Below are positions 25,158-39,479 of a DNA stretch of 64,000 nucleotides, piece by piece. The stretch is taken from the NCBI GenBank assembly GCA_951406725.2, contig OX597823.1, positions 89,342,001-89,406,000 of the forward strand, given 5' to 3'. The notes under the pieces are model-generated. The model did not search any database, was not told where the DNA came from, and saw nothing but the letters and a program-made list of their open reading frames with translations. The translations under genes were made by a program, and so were the position numbers. Within the stretch, counting starts at the first letter, position 1. The number at the start of each line of letters is the position of its first letter. This DNA comes from Octopus vulgaris (taxonomy: Eukaryota).

Positions 25158-26447
25158 CAAGGTGTTCAATTTAAAAGTTGACTCAGTTGTATTTATTAAT
25201 AGTTATAAAGAATGTGCAAAATTATGGACAAACCTACTTTTATTAAAATGCTCATTTAAAAGTTACGTCAAACTGGTTACAAAATTGTTGAGATTGTTGG
25301 CCGCCACGTTGTAGACAGATTTCAACACGACGACGTTTGTTCTGGAACACATTAATCAAAACTTCACGTGGAATATTTTGGACAATATCAGTAATATCCG
25401 TACACAGTTCATCAAGGGTATGCGGATTCTTTGCAAACACAGCGTCCTTGATATAGCCGAATAAAAAGAAATCGTGAAGCGTTACGTCTGGCGATCTGGG
25501 TGGCCAGAGACCTTTCGTGATCAACCTGTGTTCAAAAGTGAAACAAAGTGTAGTTGCTAACAGCGTTACTCTTTATATTCTCAGTTGGCTGCTCAACAAA
25601 CTAATCAATTATCTCACAATAACGTTCCGAATTCAAGGTTTCTTGGTAAAAAATCTGTCCTACTATTCTTCGCCTGCTGATAGCCATCCATACACCAATC
25701 TTCACTGCATGTAAGGGTGATTCGACAGACTCGTGAGGATTGAGAGCACTCCAGATGCGAGTGTTTTGAGAATTTAGGTATCCCTATAGGTGAATCCAAG
25801 CCTCGTCACTGAAGAAGGTTATGTCAAGCTTGTTATCATCCATGTTTTCTTGAAACCATTTGCAGTAATCCAGTCTTTTGGTAAAATCAGCAGGAATAAG
25901 TTCATGTAAAGAAGACACGTGGTATGGGTACAATTTCAGCAATTTGCGAAGAGCAGTATGGCAGGTGCCAACAGATAATCCAGTTTCATGAGACAAACGT
26001 CGCACAGATTTCCTGGGACCGCGAAGAATTCATTGACGGATATCTTCCACATCATCAGAAAGGCGGGTACGTCGGCGAACGTGTCTCTTATTTTCAACTC
26101 AGCCCGTCTTCCTAAGCTTTTTAATCAGAACATTAATCGCCTGCTTTGTTGGCGGAAGCACATTTGGATATTCGCTCTTAAAATCAGTAACTCAATTGTC
26201 AAAGGAATAAGTCCATCGCCCATTGATAAAACGTTCTGATTTAAAAATAAGATTCCACAATAAATTAACGTTGCTGCACTGATGAACACCATTACGATCC
26301 CAGAAGAAATCTCGAATGAATGCGTTACACTTGTAATGGGCTAAAATCAATTTGGCATAGCGAGTCAATCAGAGACAGCTAATCTGAGCCAATCAGAGAG
26401 CCAATATTTTGACAGGTAATCAATCAATTTTTAATTTGAACACCTTG
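25158..26447 (-). mobile_element. Full-length decayed Tc1/mariner transposon (rosa/DD41D-like)
   Basis: 24-bp TIRs CAAGGTGTTCAATTTAAAAGTTGA (25158-25181) and 26424-26447, with 2 mismatches. Transposase fragments RRLSHETGLS, LYPY, FFSDEAWIHL and WPPRSPDVTLHDFFLFGYIK. Inserted in (TACA)n. Confidence 0.88.
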
Positions 26448-26559
26448 TGCATACATGCATGCATACATACATACAGACTGACAGACAGACAGACTGACAG
26501 GGACGAAATGACACATTCCTACATGCATATGACTCTCACACCCAGGTTACATATGCCCG

Positions 26560-26780
26560 TTCGTACATATTGTAAGAGACGCATTAACCTACGTAACATC
26601 AGGTCTACAAAGAAACCTAGAAATATTTGTTTACCACATGCCAGACGCCGAAGTGATCGCAGAACAACGCGAAATGAAGTGTTTTCCTCAAGAACACAAC
26701 GCACCACCTGGTTCAGGAATTGAAACCACAATCTCGTGATCGTAAGTACAACACCCTAACAATTAGGATTTGCGCCCTCG
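26560..26780 (-). mobile_element. Decayed tRNA-SINE of the GTGTCCTTGAGCAAGACAC family
   Basis: Minus strand TTAGGGTGTTGTACTTACGATCACGAG...GCGTTGTGTTCTTGAGGAAAACACTTCATTTC. Confidence 0.65.
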
Positions 26781-27608
26781 ACACATACACACATACGCAC
26801 ACGCACGCGTACAGACATACATACATACATACATACATACATACATACATACATACATACATACATACATACATACATACATACATACATACATACATAC
26901 ATACATACATACATACATACATACATACATACATACATTGTGAGTTTTATTCTGCGCTGTAATAAATTACGATTCCTAATGTGATGATTGAAGCATGGAG
27001 ACATAATGAGGTGACTACAACAGCGACAAGTCTCGGCATTTCACTCAGCATTACAAAATAAACGGCTTTACGTGTCAATTTCAGTGCTACCCAACTTCCG
27101 GTGGCGTGTTCTTCCTATTTAAAAAAAAAATGTTAATTCTTAGTCCGTCTAGAACTGTTTGGGAGTCATTACTGCTAATGCTACAGACATGTCGGAAAAG
27201 TGAAACACAATCAGTTCAGGTCTGATTATATTTACGTAACGAAGTAAAACTATTAATGATCATTAACTTAATCATCACTCACATGGTTTTTGAGATTAAA
27301 TTTAGGAGCAGAGTTATAAACAAAGCAAGTGTGATAAGCATGTATTTAGTGTAGATTTATTTAGTATTAGATATATATAATACTTAGTGTGGATATTGTT
27401 ACTGTGGTTAATCCGTCGGGCTGGCAGTAAATAGGAAGAGAGATCGGTGCTTTCGGATTTAGCTTTTGTTAAGACCTTGTCTGAGATCAAATATTTCCCC
27501 ACTAGCTGTAGAGAGAATTTTGTGTCAATGCAAAGGAAATATATATCTGCCTGTTTATCTACCTATCTATATATATACATATATATATTGCACGTGCACG
27601 CACACACA

Positions 27609-27642
<34 letters not shown>

Positions 27643-28180
27643 TCTCTGGGCGTCTCTCTCTCTCCAACTTTTCTAGAGTTAACTATATTTTCGTCTCATG
27701 CCTGCCTTGTTCTGTTTATTCATTGTTGTACAGTAAAACTGTACACCCCTCCCCGTAAAAAGTGGTAGTAGCCAACCATTATAGGTAGACCAGTAGCCGG
27801 TCGGCAGAAGGTCGAACAGGTCGGAAGTATTTGTAGACTGTGTTAATAGTCATGTCTGTGCTGATATAGTAACTATACTGATACTGAGTGGACGTTATAT
27901 CGATCCAACCTTTTGAGGATAATAACACTGTACGACCCCAGTCGTACAGTGCCAGATAAAAATAGTTTGTGGATGACTTCGGAATATAACAATATCTGTT
28001 AGAGCGACAACCGTCGTCAAAAGACAGGTACGACAGTGACGATGAGGAAATACAAAGTTTACGTAGAGTGAACAAAAAAACTATTCACACGGAGAGTTTC
28101 AATTGATTCAGGTGAAAAATTAAATACCTCGAAAAAAAAAGAAACAAAAATCTTGTGTAAACTTACGAAAATCGTAAAAT

Positions 28181-30580
28181 ATGGAAGACTTGTTAGCTGG
28201 GATAGTTGAGTTGCAAAAACAGCAACAACAACAACTCAAGGAACAACGAGAACAACAAGGATTGCAGCAGCACATGTTACAACTAATGAAGTTGATAACC
28301 AAACCGGAGAATACATTTTCACCTGACCATGTAGTAAATTCCATAAACGAATTCAAATATGATCCCGAAAAAGGAAAACCCTTTGAGGCTTACTTTTGAA
28401 GAGTTCAACAAATTTTTGGAATAGAACCTAAGGATTGGACGGACGATATGAAAACGCGTCTAGTTTTAAGAAAACTAGCAGCAGCAGAGCATGAGAAGTA
28501 TAGAAACTTTATATTGCCAAAAAAGCGTTCGACATAAATTTCACCGACACAGTTGATATTTTGTGCAAAATGCTTAGCGAAAAGGGCTAACTTTTTATTA
28601 CTAGATGGAAATGTTTAAACATAGAAAATAGCGAAGATGAAGACTTCAGTACTTACACAGGTAGAATCAATAGAAAATGTGAGAGATTTAGGCTAGATAT
28701 GCTTACTCCAGATTCTTTCAAATGTTTGATTTTTGCACGGGGGTTGACAGATAGAAGGGATGCAGAAATCCGAACGGATATTCTATCAAAACTGGAAATA
28801 AACCAGGATTTGACATTGCAGAAATTGTCGGAAGAGTATGACAGGATATTAAAATCAAGGCAATGAAACGGAAGAAATTCAACGGAAAGAGTGACCACAT
28901 AATACCAGTGCAAAAAAATCGGAAGGCAAAGTGTTGCAGGAAAAAACAGAAAAAATATCAGGATGCAGACCCAGGTAAGGAATGTGGTGAGATGCATCTG
29001 AAAAAGATTGCCCATATAAAGAAGCAAAGTGTTTTCGCTGCGGGTTTACAGGATATATAAAATCGCACTGCAAAACTAGAATGATAGGAAAATGGAACAA
29101 ACAATGTAAAATAAATAGTCTGTCAGCAGGAAAAGTTGTGACTACAACAAACAGAAAATTTGTGAATGTGAGAATTGAAAATACTAGCGTCGGAATGCAA
29201 ATAGATACGGGAAATGATAACACAATCATAAATGAGAAAACATGGGAACTAATAGGGAAACCAAAATTATGTAGTTCAGACAAAATAGCGTACGGTGTTA
29301 CGGGAAGAAAATTATATTTCACGGGCGAACGCGTTTGTAATATAATGTTCAAAGATCGAACCAAAAAGGTGAATATTTATGTGTTGAAAAATTTATTTGG
29401 CACCGAACGTATGGAGAAATTTAATTTATGGGATACACCCATAAGTGCTTTGTGAAATAACGCAAACGGAGCAGTCAAATGATCGAACGCGGTCGATGAA
29501 CTGAAACCAAAAATTAAAGAAACTTTCTCAAAAGTTTTTTTTTTTTCGGAAGGTTTAGGCTGTTGCACAAAAGCAAAAGCAAGGATTGCTATCAAAGACA
29601 ATTCAGCACCTATTTTCAGCCCCAAACGGAGTGTCGTTTGCGGCGGTAGACCAAATCGATTAGGAAGTAGAAAGGTTGGAAAGCCTGAATATAATTGAAA
29701 GGATTGACCATGCAGACCGGGCAGCACCGGAATGTACGGAAAAAAAATAACCTAAGAGTATACACAGACTCCTCAACTGGGTTAATCGACTGTATACTCA
29801 CACACAATTACCCACTTCCAAGCCCTGAAGAAGTATTTGCTAAACTAAACGGAGGGGAAAATTTTTCGAAGGTACACCTCTCAGATGTGTACCTTCAAAT
29901 TCAGTTAGAGGAAGATTGCACACATATACTAACAATCAACATGCTTCGTGGATTGTACAAGTTCAAACAAGTGCTGTTTGGAGGAAAAGTGGCACCCGCC
30001 ATATTCCAACAAATAATGGATGCGATGTTAAGTGATTGCAACTTGGTCATCGCATACCTAGATGACATTCTAATAAAGAGCAAATCGAACACACAAAGAA
30101 AGTATTCGAGAGAATATGGACTAAAACTGACAGAAGAAAATGCGAACATTTTATGAAAAAATAAAATACCTAGGACAAGCAATCGGCGAAAGTGGAGGCA
30201 GGCCGGACCCATCAAGGGCGACAGCAATACGAAATATGCCACCCCCGACGAACATGACAATGTTACAAGCATCTCTAGGCTTGGAAAATAATTAGCAAGT
30301 GTATATACCAAATACACATTAGGTAAATGAATTATTTTTTTTTTAAATGCCAATTGGATTTGAACAGAGAAATGCCAGAAAGCATTTAACGAGTTAAAAG
30401 ACGTGTTAACTTCACACTTTCGACCCAAAGTTAGTGATAATACTAGCTACAAATGCTAGCGAGTATAGGATAGGAGCTGGGCCCCTACACAAGGATAACG
30501 AGGACAGGAGAAAGGTTATAGCTCCTACGTCAAGGACGTTATTGCCGGCGGAAAAGAGCTATGGCAGGATTGAAAAAGAA
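28181..30580 (+). pseudogene. Decayed Ty3/Gypsy LTR retrotransposon gag-pol (gag, Zn knuckles, protease, RT, RNase H start)
   Basis: Gag EFKYDPEKGKPFEAYF; knuckles CGEMH / CFRCG..G..KSHC; protease MQIDTG; RT YPLPSPEEVFAKLNGG and AYLDDILI; RNase H SRTLLPAEKSYGRIEKE. No integrase or paired LTRs found. Confidence 0.88.
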
Positions 30581-31465
30581 CCAAAGTTCTTAAGACAATG
30601 GTAAAAGCTGCTGAGAAGAGTTTCAACAGGATCTGGTCGAGGAGGTACGGAAGTTAGTATCAAAAGGCATAATTTCCCCTATAATCTTCTTTGAATAAAC
30701 TGGTTACAACATCAAGTTACCTTAGTACTACCTTAACCATCCAGGAGGGTTACAGCAAGGACAACGGCACAGAATGTGACGGCAGAGAGTATCAAGTAAT
30801 TATGACCTGGATGAGTCTCGGGCCCTTTAAGATAGTAAAGAGTTAAGCGTCGAAATATTTGCATGAGGGGTCTTCTATTCAGCTTCCCATAAAGTTTCTT
30901 ACTACTATACATACAATCATTAAGTACAGATTAGTCCCACTGTTTAGAACCATGCCAGTCCGCACAGAATTTTTCGAACGTTTACTTCTGGTACATCATG
31001 GAAATGCTAGGCTTCCATCTATTGTTAAAATAAACAAAAACAAAACTTAACATAAATATTCAATAACCAAAGTGATTTTGTTTAGCCTCAATCAGCCCTA
31101 TCATGGAAGTTGAATTTTCTACATAGACTCTATCCGATGGAACGTTCACAAAAGAGTATAGATTGGAAACGGAACAAAATGTCGGAAGCAGATCTTTTGA
31201 CAAGTCGTTGTAACGGAGATGCAGAAAATCAAAACACGAAAAAGTTAAGTCTGTTTACAAAATAAAAGAAAAACACGAAAACAATTTTTTGTTTCTTAGT
31301 GTATGTAGACAATTTAAAAATTTAACAATAAAAATAACGAAAATAATGTTTATGAAATTGAAAAGGTATGCCAAGCGAAGATTCAGACAAAATTTTATAC
31401 ACACACACATACACACACACACACTCACACACACACACACACACACACATGTACGTGAGTGTGTA

Positions 31466-31515
<50 letters not shown>

Positions 31516-31597
31516 CGTACATACATTTATGTATGTATATATGTGTGTGTATGTGTACCTGTGCATATATATGTTTGTATATGTTTGTGTGTGTATA

Positions 31598-31665
<68 letters not shown>

Positions 31666-31783
31666 TATCATGCGTATGTACATGAGTATATGTGTTTGTG
31701 TACGCGCTTGTATGTGTTTCGTGTTTATTAAATTTACTTTGTTTCTCCGTATGCGTGATTCCTCCAAGCAGTATTCAAAACAA

Positions 31784-31831
<48 letters not shown>

Positions 31832-31833
<2 letters not shown>

Positions 31834-32580
31834 CATCGGTGGCTGCACAGAATTAGTTTGAAAGCCGAAACAGAACGATTCTCCCTAGCACCACAAGACC
31901 AGAGTCTCCTCATCCGGAACTATCAAGCTAATGTGAGGTAGACACAAAGTGAAGGCGCTGCGATAACAAACTTGAGAGTATTGACCACATTGTTGCCGGT
32001 TGCTCAGCCCTTGCCCCTACAGAATATCAAACTAAGTATGCTCGAGTTGACCATAACTTGCACTGGATAATATACCGTCACTATGGTATCCTGTACCCTA
32101 AGAACTGGTTTGAACACCATCCAGAGCTAGTCTCTGAGGAAGAGAATGTTACCATCCTATGGGATTATGGGATACATGCAGACAGGCAAACAGATACTAA
32201 CAGGCTAGACATTGTCGTCAAAGACCTAAAACAAAAAACATGCCTGTTAATTGACCGTACCTACTGATAGAAACATCTCAGCAAAGGAATTTGAAAAACT
32301 GTCGAAATATAAGGACATTGAGATATCTCGGATGTAATAATTATAAACCAAAACCATCCCTGTTGTTGTAGGGAACCTGGGAATGATCAAGAAAAGTACT
32401 GACAAATTTTTTGACCAGATCTCTGAGAAACTAACAATCTATGAGACTCAAAAATTGTGTTGATATCAACCGCCCACATTCTCAGGAAGTTTCTCTCTAT
32501 CTAATATATACGTGCCTTAGGTCTCTAGTTGAGACCCGGTTAGAAGATGAAGCAAAATGCAATTCAATCGGAAAATGATA
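31832..32580 (+). mobile_element. 5'-truncated R4/Dong-type non-LTR retrotransposon (copy A; duplicated at ~37119-37860)
   Basis: HRWL...LKAETE...QDQSL, HIVAGC, VTILWD, RLDIVV; (TAA)n on both sides. Confidence 0.85.
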
Positions 32581-32599
32581 ATAACAATAACAATAATAA

Positions 32600-32816
32600 A
32601 ACAGGAGGTTTGTCTCTTAGGGACAGCAATGATTATCAGGAGAGTTCTAAACACATGGAAGACCACTGAAAACCTGTGGATACCTAAGGTTACAGGTAGT
32701 AACCCGTTCTCACTTAAATCCTACCAGGAATAAGACCGAACCTGAGCCAAATCGGAATAATAGTAATAATGTGTACCCTAGTGTCACTTAGATGGCATGC
32801 GCTGCTCTCCCACTCA

Positions 32817-32817
<1 letters not shown>
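32600..32817 (+). mobile_element. Two very short Dong-type 3' ends (B 32600-32760; C 32771-32817)
   Basis: B translates QEVCLLGTAMIIRRVLNT followed by a 3' UTR. C matches the 3' terminus of the minus-strand element at 47401-47445. Confidence 0.7.
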
Positions 32818-32892
<75 letters not shown>

Positions 32893-32894
<2 letters not shown>

Positions 32895-34160
32895 GGATAA
32901 ATTGATAGAGAAAGAAATGACAGGAAAATTTAAAGTGGAGTACTTGCACAGACTGAGACTGATCCTTAAGTCGAAATTAAACGGACGGGATAAGATGGAA
33001 GCTATCAATACGTGGGCGGTTTCACTCCTTAGATATGGAGCGGGGGTATTCGCATGGACAGTAGACGAACTAAACAGCTTAGACAGAAAGACAAGGAAGT
33101 CACTAACTAGATATGGGTTATTCCACCCCAAGAATGACACAGACAGATTGTATGTACCAAGAGAAAGAGGGGAAAAGGGACTTATTGGATGCGAACACAG
33201 CATTAGAGCGGAAGAAAACAACATAGCATGGTATGTAAAAAATGCCACAGAACCGCTATTATTAGAAGTAAGAAGGTCAAGCTTGTGTAGGATGAAAGAA
33301 TGCAAAGATAAAGCACGATACAAGAAATTGAAAACGAATGAAATTAAAAATAGGTGGGCAAAGAAAAGAATGCATGGTCAATTTCATAGGGATATTGAAA
33401 ATAAGATAGAGAAAAAGATGGCTGTGGATGACTAAAAATGATTTAAAACCGGAATCTGTGCTGCCCAAGAGCAAGCACTAAGAACAAACTACATAGAATA
33501 CACAATAGACAACACGGCGGAAAGTGATAAGTGCAGAATCTGTGGACAAAACGGTGAAGCCGTATGGCATAATACTAGCCGATGTACACCACTAGCCCAG
33601 AAGGAATATGAGAGGCCACGACAATATAGCCAGGCTTGTCCATTGGACATTTTGCAATAAGTATAGACTTGACAGAGCAAAAAATTGGTACAACCACAAA
33701 CCTGAAGGTATCGTCGAAAATAGAAATGCAAAGATCCTATGGGATTTTATGATTCAGTGCGACTAGGAAGCCGGACATAGTCTTAATTAAGAAAGAAAAC
33801 AAGCTATGTTGGATCATAGATACAGCATGACCAGCTGACAACAAGGTATGCGATAAAGAAAAAAGAAAAGTCGATAGATATGACAGGTTAGTGAGGTAAG
33901 TTAAGCAGTTGTGGTCGATGAAAAAGTAGTAGTAGTACCAATAATTGTCGGAGCCCTGGGAACAGTGAACAAAAATCTCGAGAAGTGAGTGGAACAAATA
34001 GGGGCCGCAATAAGGGTGGAGCACTTGCAGAAACAGCACTGCTTGGAACCGCTTGAATACTCCAGAAGGTGCTTCAAAAATAAGAAGTGTTATGTCAGTT
34101 CACTGGTAGTGAACAGCTGATACTGTAGTACATCTCCAGCGTTAGAAGCTGTGCAAAGGC
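32893..34160 (+). mobile_element. 5'-truncated R4/Dong-type element (copy D; duplicated at 38167-39434)
   Basis: RT thumb AINTWAVSLLRYGAG, RLYVPRERGEKGL, MHGQF, AAQEQAL, CRICG and decayed RLE; ends in (TAA)n. Confidence 0.88.
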
Positions 34161-34207
<47 letters not shown>

Positions 34208-34208
<1 letters not shown>

Positions 34209-34395
34209 CCTTTCTACTATAGACACAAGACTTGAGATTATGGGGAGGTTGCTAGTCGATTACATCGACCCCAATGCTCAACTATAACTTCTTTTATTGA
34301 CTTCAAAAAAATGAATGGAAAAGTCAACCTCGCAAGAATTTGAACTCAGTACGTAATGACAGGCGAAATGCCGTTACCCATTTTGTCCGACGGAC
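34208..34395 (-). mobile_element. Nin-like tRNA SINE (duplicated at ~39479-39665)
   Basis: Same core as the 19014 cluster; its (ATT)n tail is the adjacent (TAA)n tract. Confidence 0.75.
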
Positions 34396-34399
34396 ACCG

Positions 34400-34910
34400 C
34401 CGATATAATGCTTGCTTCTTATGCGAAAGTTATTGACTGGAATAATCACAAAGTTAATGTATCGGTATCTTCAACAAAATGGGGTTCTACCAGGTGAGCA
34501 GAAAGTGTGCAAGATTGGTGTGCAGAAGTAGGAAGGAGCGATATCTGATAGACAAAACAGTACTTAAAGATTGCAAGGAGGGAAAACGATTTGGCCATGC
34601 TAAGGGTTGATTACCGCAAGGTCTAAGATGTGATTCCACCTTCTTGCATCATAGAATATATGAATCTATTTTAGTAGTGATTCGAATGTCCAACGATCTC
34701 TTAGGAAAAGTATTGAGAAGTGCAAGACAGAATTGACAGCATATGAAAGAAGCTTAGGGGCATTACAAATCAAGAGAATTATATTTCAATGGGACTGATT
34801 TTTGTACTGTGCGTGACACCAATAACAATCATTTTGAAGAAAGCTAAGGCGGCGTATAAATTCTAGGGTCGCCAACAAAAGGTTATTCGTGGACGACCTC
34901 AAGTTTTACC
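34400..34910 (+). pseudogene. Internal RT fragment of an R4/Dong-type element (E)
   Basis: LPGEQK, LIDKTVLKDCK, LAMLRVDYRKV*D, IKRIIFQ, FVDDLKFY. Confidence 0.75.
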
Positions 34911-34924
34911 TTAAGGATTAATTA

Positions 34925-35125
34925 ATCCCAGCACAAGGCCTGACATTTTTTTTGGTGGGGGGTGCTAGTCGATGTATTCGACTCCAGTGCGCAACTGTTA
35001 CATAATTCATCGACCTCGAAAGGGCATAAGTCGATCTCGGCGGATTTTGAACCCAGAAAGTAAGGACGGACGATATGCCGCTAAGCATTTTAATAAAATG
35101 CCGCTAACAATCCCGCCAGCTCCCT
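34925..35125 (-). mobile_element. Nin-like tRNA SINE (duplicated at ~40197-40395)
   Basis: Homologous to the 19014 cluster. Confidence 0.75.
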
Positions 35126-35155
35126 GCGTCAATAACAACAACAACAACAACAACA

Positions 35156-35219
<64 letters not shown>

Positions 35220-35421
35220 GACAAATACATAACAAAAACACCAGGACTTACAAACACATATAACATACAGAAAATTGCACTACTTGGCACTGCACACATC
35301 CTACGCAGAACACTTTCCATACAATAACCATCAGAGCATCACAACAAATCACAACACATACCCAAGGCACACAGAGCTGCGCTCGGTAGTGAAGTGAAAG
35401 CACGCTATAAAAATAAAACTA

Positions 35422-35425
<4 letters not shown>
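35220..35425 (+). mobile_element. Short Dong-type 3' end (F; duplicated at ~40491-40696)
   Basis: KYITKTPGLTNTYNIQKIALLGTAHILRRTLSIQ* plus 3' UTR, between (TAA)n tracts. Confidence 0.8.
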
Positions 35426-35501
<76 letters not shown>

Positions 35502-35667
35502 TAATAATAATAATAATAATTCCAATTTGAACTAGCTTACAAAACAACCACAATTGGACTGGCCAAATATCTCGAAATATCGAATGACTGGATGCTAAAG
35601 CTCGTGGAAAATCACGAGAGATGAAAGAAGCTTCATTCTATCATAAAGGAAAGCAAAAAATTTGCTA

Positions 35668-35767
35668 NNNNNNNNNNNNNNNNNNNNNNNNNNNNNNNNN
35701 NNNNNNNNNNNNNNNNNNNNNNNNNNNNNNNNNNNNNNNNNNNNNNNNNNNNNNNNNNNNNNNNNNN
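35668..35767. other. Assembly gap (100 N)
   Basis: Run of N. Confidence 1.
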
Positions 35768-36689
35768 CCCTACACAAGGATAACGAGGACAGGAGAAAGG
35801 TTATAGCTCCTACGTCAAGGACGTTATTGCCGGCGGAAAAGAGCTATGGCAGGATTGAAAAAGAACCAAAGTTCTTAAGACAATGGTAAAAGCTGCTGAG
35901 AAGAGTTTCAACAGGATCTGGTCGAGGAGGTACGGAAGTTAGTATCAAAAGGCATAATTTCCCCTATAATCTTCTTTGAATAAACTGGTTACAACATCAA
36001 GTTACCTTAGTACTACCTTAACCATCCAGGAGGGTTACAGCAAGGACAACGGCACAGAATGTGACGGCAGAGAGGTATCAAGTAATTATGACCTGGATGA
36101 GTCTCGGGCCCTTTAAGATAGTAAAGAGTTAAGCGTCGAAATATTTGCATGAGGGGTCTTCTATTCAGCTTCCCATAAAGTTTCTTACTACTATACATAC
36201 AATCATTAAGTACAGATTAGTCCCACTGTTTAGAACCATGCCAGTCCGCACAGAATTTTTCGAACGTTTACTTCTGGTACATCATGGAAATGCTAGGCTT
36301 CCATCTATTGTTAAAATAAACAAAAACAAAACTTAACATAAATATTCAATAACCAAAGTGATTTTGTTTAGCCTCAATCAGCCCTATCATGGAAGTTGAA
36401 TTTTCTACATAGACTCTATCCGATGGAACGTTCACAAAAGAGTATAGATTGGAAACGGAACAAAATGTCGGAAGCAGATCTTTTGACAAGTCGTTGTAAC
36501 GGAGATGCAGAAAATCAAAACACGAAAAAGTTAAGTCTGTTTACAAAATAAAAGAAAAACACGAAAACAATTTTTTGTTTCTTAGTGTATGTAGACAATT
36601 TAAAAATTTAACAATAAAAATAACGAAAATAATGTTTATGAAATTGAAAAGGTATGCCAAGCGAAGATTCAGACAAAATTTTATACACA

Positions 36690-36741
<52 letters not shown>

Positions 36742-36756
36742 CGTGAGTGTGTATTC

Positions 36757-36796
<40 letters not shown>

Positions 36797-36883
36797 GTAT
36801 ATATACGTACATACATTTATGTATGTATATATGTGTGTGTATGTGTACCTGTGCATATATATGTTTGTATATGTTTGTGTGTG

Positions 36884-36939
<56 letters not shown>

Positions 36940-37049
36940 TATATACATGAGTATATGTGTTTTGTGTACGCGCTTGTATGTGTTTCGTGTTTATTAAATT
37001 TACTTTGTTTCTCCGTATGCGTGATTCCTCCAAGCAGTATTCAAAACAA

Positions 37050-37120
<71 letters not shown>

Positions 37121-38090
37121 CATCGGTGGCGGCACAGAATTGGTTTGAAAGCCGAAACAGAACGATTCTCCCTAGCACCACAAGACCAGAGTCTCCTCAT
37201 CCGGAACTATCAAGCTAATGTGAGGTAGACACAAAGTGAAGACGCTGCGATAACAAACTTGAGAGTATTGACCACATTGTTGCCGGTTGCTCAGCCCTTG
37301 CCCCTACAGAATATCAAACTAAGTATGCTCGAGTTGACCATAACTTGCACTGGATAATATACCGTCACTATGGTATCCTGTACCCTAAGAACTGGTTTGA
37401 ACACCATCCAGAGCTAGTCTCTGAGGAAGAGAATGTTACCATCCTATGGGATTATGGGATACATGCAGACAGGCAAACAGATACTAACAGGCTAGACATT
37501 GTCGTCAAAGACCTAAAACAAAAAACATGCCTGTTAATTGACCGTTAATCTCAGCAAAGGAATTTGAAAAACTGTCGAAATATAAGGACATTGAGATATC
37601 TCGGATGTAATAATTATAAACCAAAACCATCCCTGTTGTTGTAGGGAACCTGGGAATGATCAAGAAAAGTACTGACAAATTTTTTGACCAGATCTCTGAG
37701 AAACTAACAATCTATGAGACTCAAAGAATTGTGTTGATATCAACCGCCCACATTCTCAGGAAGTTTCTCTCTATCTAATATATACGTGCCTTAGGTCTCT
37801 AGTTGAGACCCGGTTAGAAGATGAAGCAAAATGCAATTCAATCGGAAAATGATAATAACAATAACAATAATAAAACAGGAGGTTTGTCTCTTAGGGACAG
37901 CAATGATTATCAGGAGAGTTCTAAACACATGGAAGACCACTGAAAACCTGTGGATACCTAAGGTTACAGGTAGTAACCCGTTCTCACTTAAATCCTACCA
38001 GGAATAAGACCGAACCTGAGCCAAATCGGAATAATAGTAATAATGTGTACCCTAGTGTCACTTAGATGGCATGCGCTGCTCTCCCACTCA

Positions 38091-38168
<78 letters not shown>

Positions 38169-39434
38169 GGATAAATTGATAGAGAAAGAAATGACAGGAA
38201 AATTTAAAGTGGAGTACTTGCACAGACTGAGACTGATCCTTAAGTCGAAATTAAACGGACGGGATAAAATGGAAGCTATCAATACGTGGGCGGTTTCACT
38301 CCTTAGATATGGAGCGGGGGTATTCGCATGGACAGTAGACGAACTAAACAGCTTAGACAGAAAGACAAGGAAGTCACTAACTAGATATGGGTTATTCCAC
38401 CCCAAGAATGACACAGACAGATTGTATGTACCAAGAGAAAGAGGGGAAAAGGGACTTATTGGATGCGAACACAGCATTAGAGCGGAAGAAAACAACATAG
38501 CATGGTATGTAAAAAATGCCACAGAAGCGCTATTATTAGAAGTAAGAAGGTCAAGCTTGTGTAGGATGAAAGAATGCAAAGATAAAGCACGATACAAGAA
38601 ATTGAAAACGAATGAAATTAAAAATAGTTGGGCAAAGAAAAGAATGCATGGTCAATTTCATAGGGATATTGAAAATAAGATAGAGAAAAAGGTGGCTGTG
38701 GATGACTAAAAATGATTTAAAACCGGAATCTGTGCTGCCCAAGAGCAAGCACTAAGAACAAACTACATAGAATACACAATAGACAACACGGCGGAAAGTG
38801 ATAAGTGCAGAATCTGTGGACAAAACGGTGAAGCCGTATGGCATAATACTAGCCGATGTACACCACTAGCCCAGAAGGAATATGAGAGGCCACGACAATA
38901 TAGCCAGGCTTGTCCATTGGACATTTTGCAATAAGTATAGACTTGACAGAGCAAAAAATTGGTACAACCACAAACCTGAAGGTATCGTCGAAAATAGAAA
39001 TGCAAAGATCCTATGGGATTTTATGATTCAGTGCGACTAGGAAGCCGGACATAGTCTTAATTAAGAAAGAAAACAAGCTATGCTGGATCATAGATACAGC
39101 ATGACCAGCTGACAACAAGGTATGCGATAAAGAAAAAAGAAAAGTCGATAGATATGACAGGTTAGTGAGGTAAGTTAAGCAGTTGTGGTCGATGAAAAAG
39201 TAGTAGTAGTACCAATAATTGTCGGAGCCCTGGGAACAGTGAACAAAAATCTCGAGAAGTGAGTGGAACAAATAGGGGCCGCAATAAGGGTGGAGCACTT
39301 GCAGAAACAGCACTGCTTGGAACCGCTTGAATACTCCAGAAGGTGCTTCAAAAATAAGAAGTGTTATGTCAGTTCACTGGTAGTGAACAGCTGATACTGT
39401 AGTACATCTCCAGTGTTAGAAGCTGTGCAAAGGC

Positions 39435-39479
<45 letters not shown>

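Noticed and set aside
27836-28050. Possible 5' LTR and PBS of the Gypsy element
   Set aside because: TG...CA-like ends and a decayed TGGCGACGAG-like motif are suggestive, but there is no second LTR to confirm boundaries.
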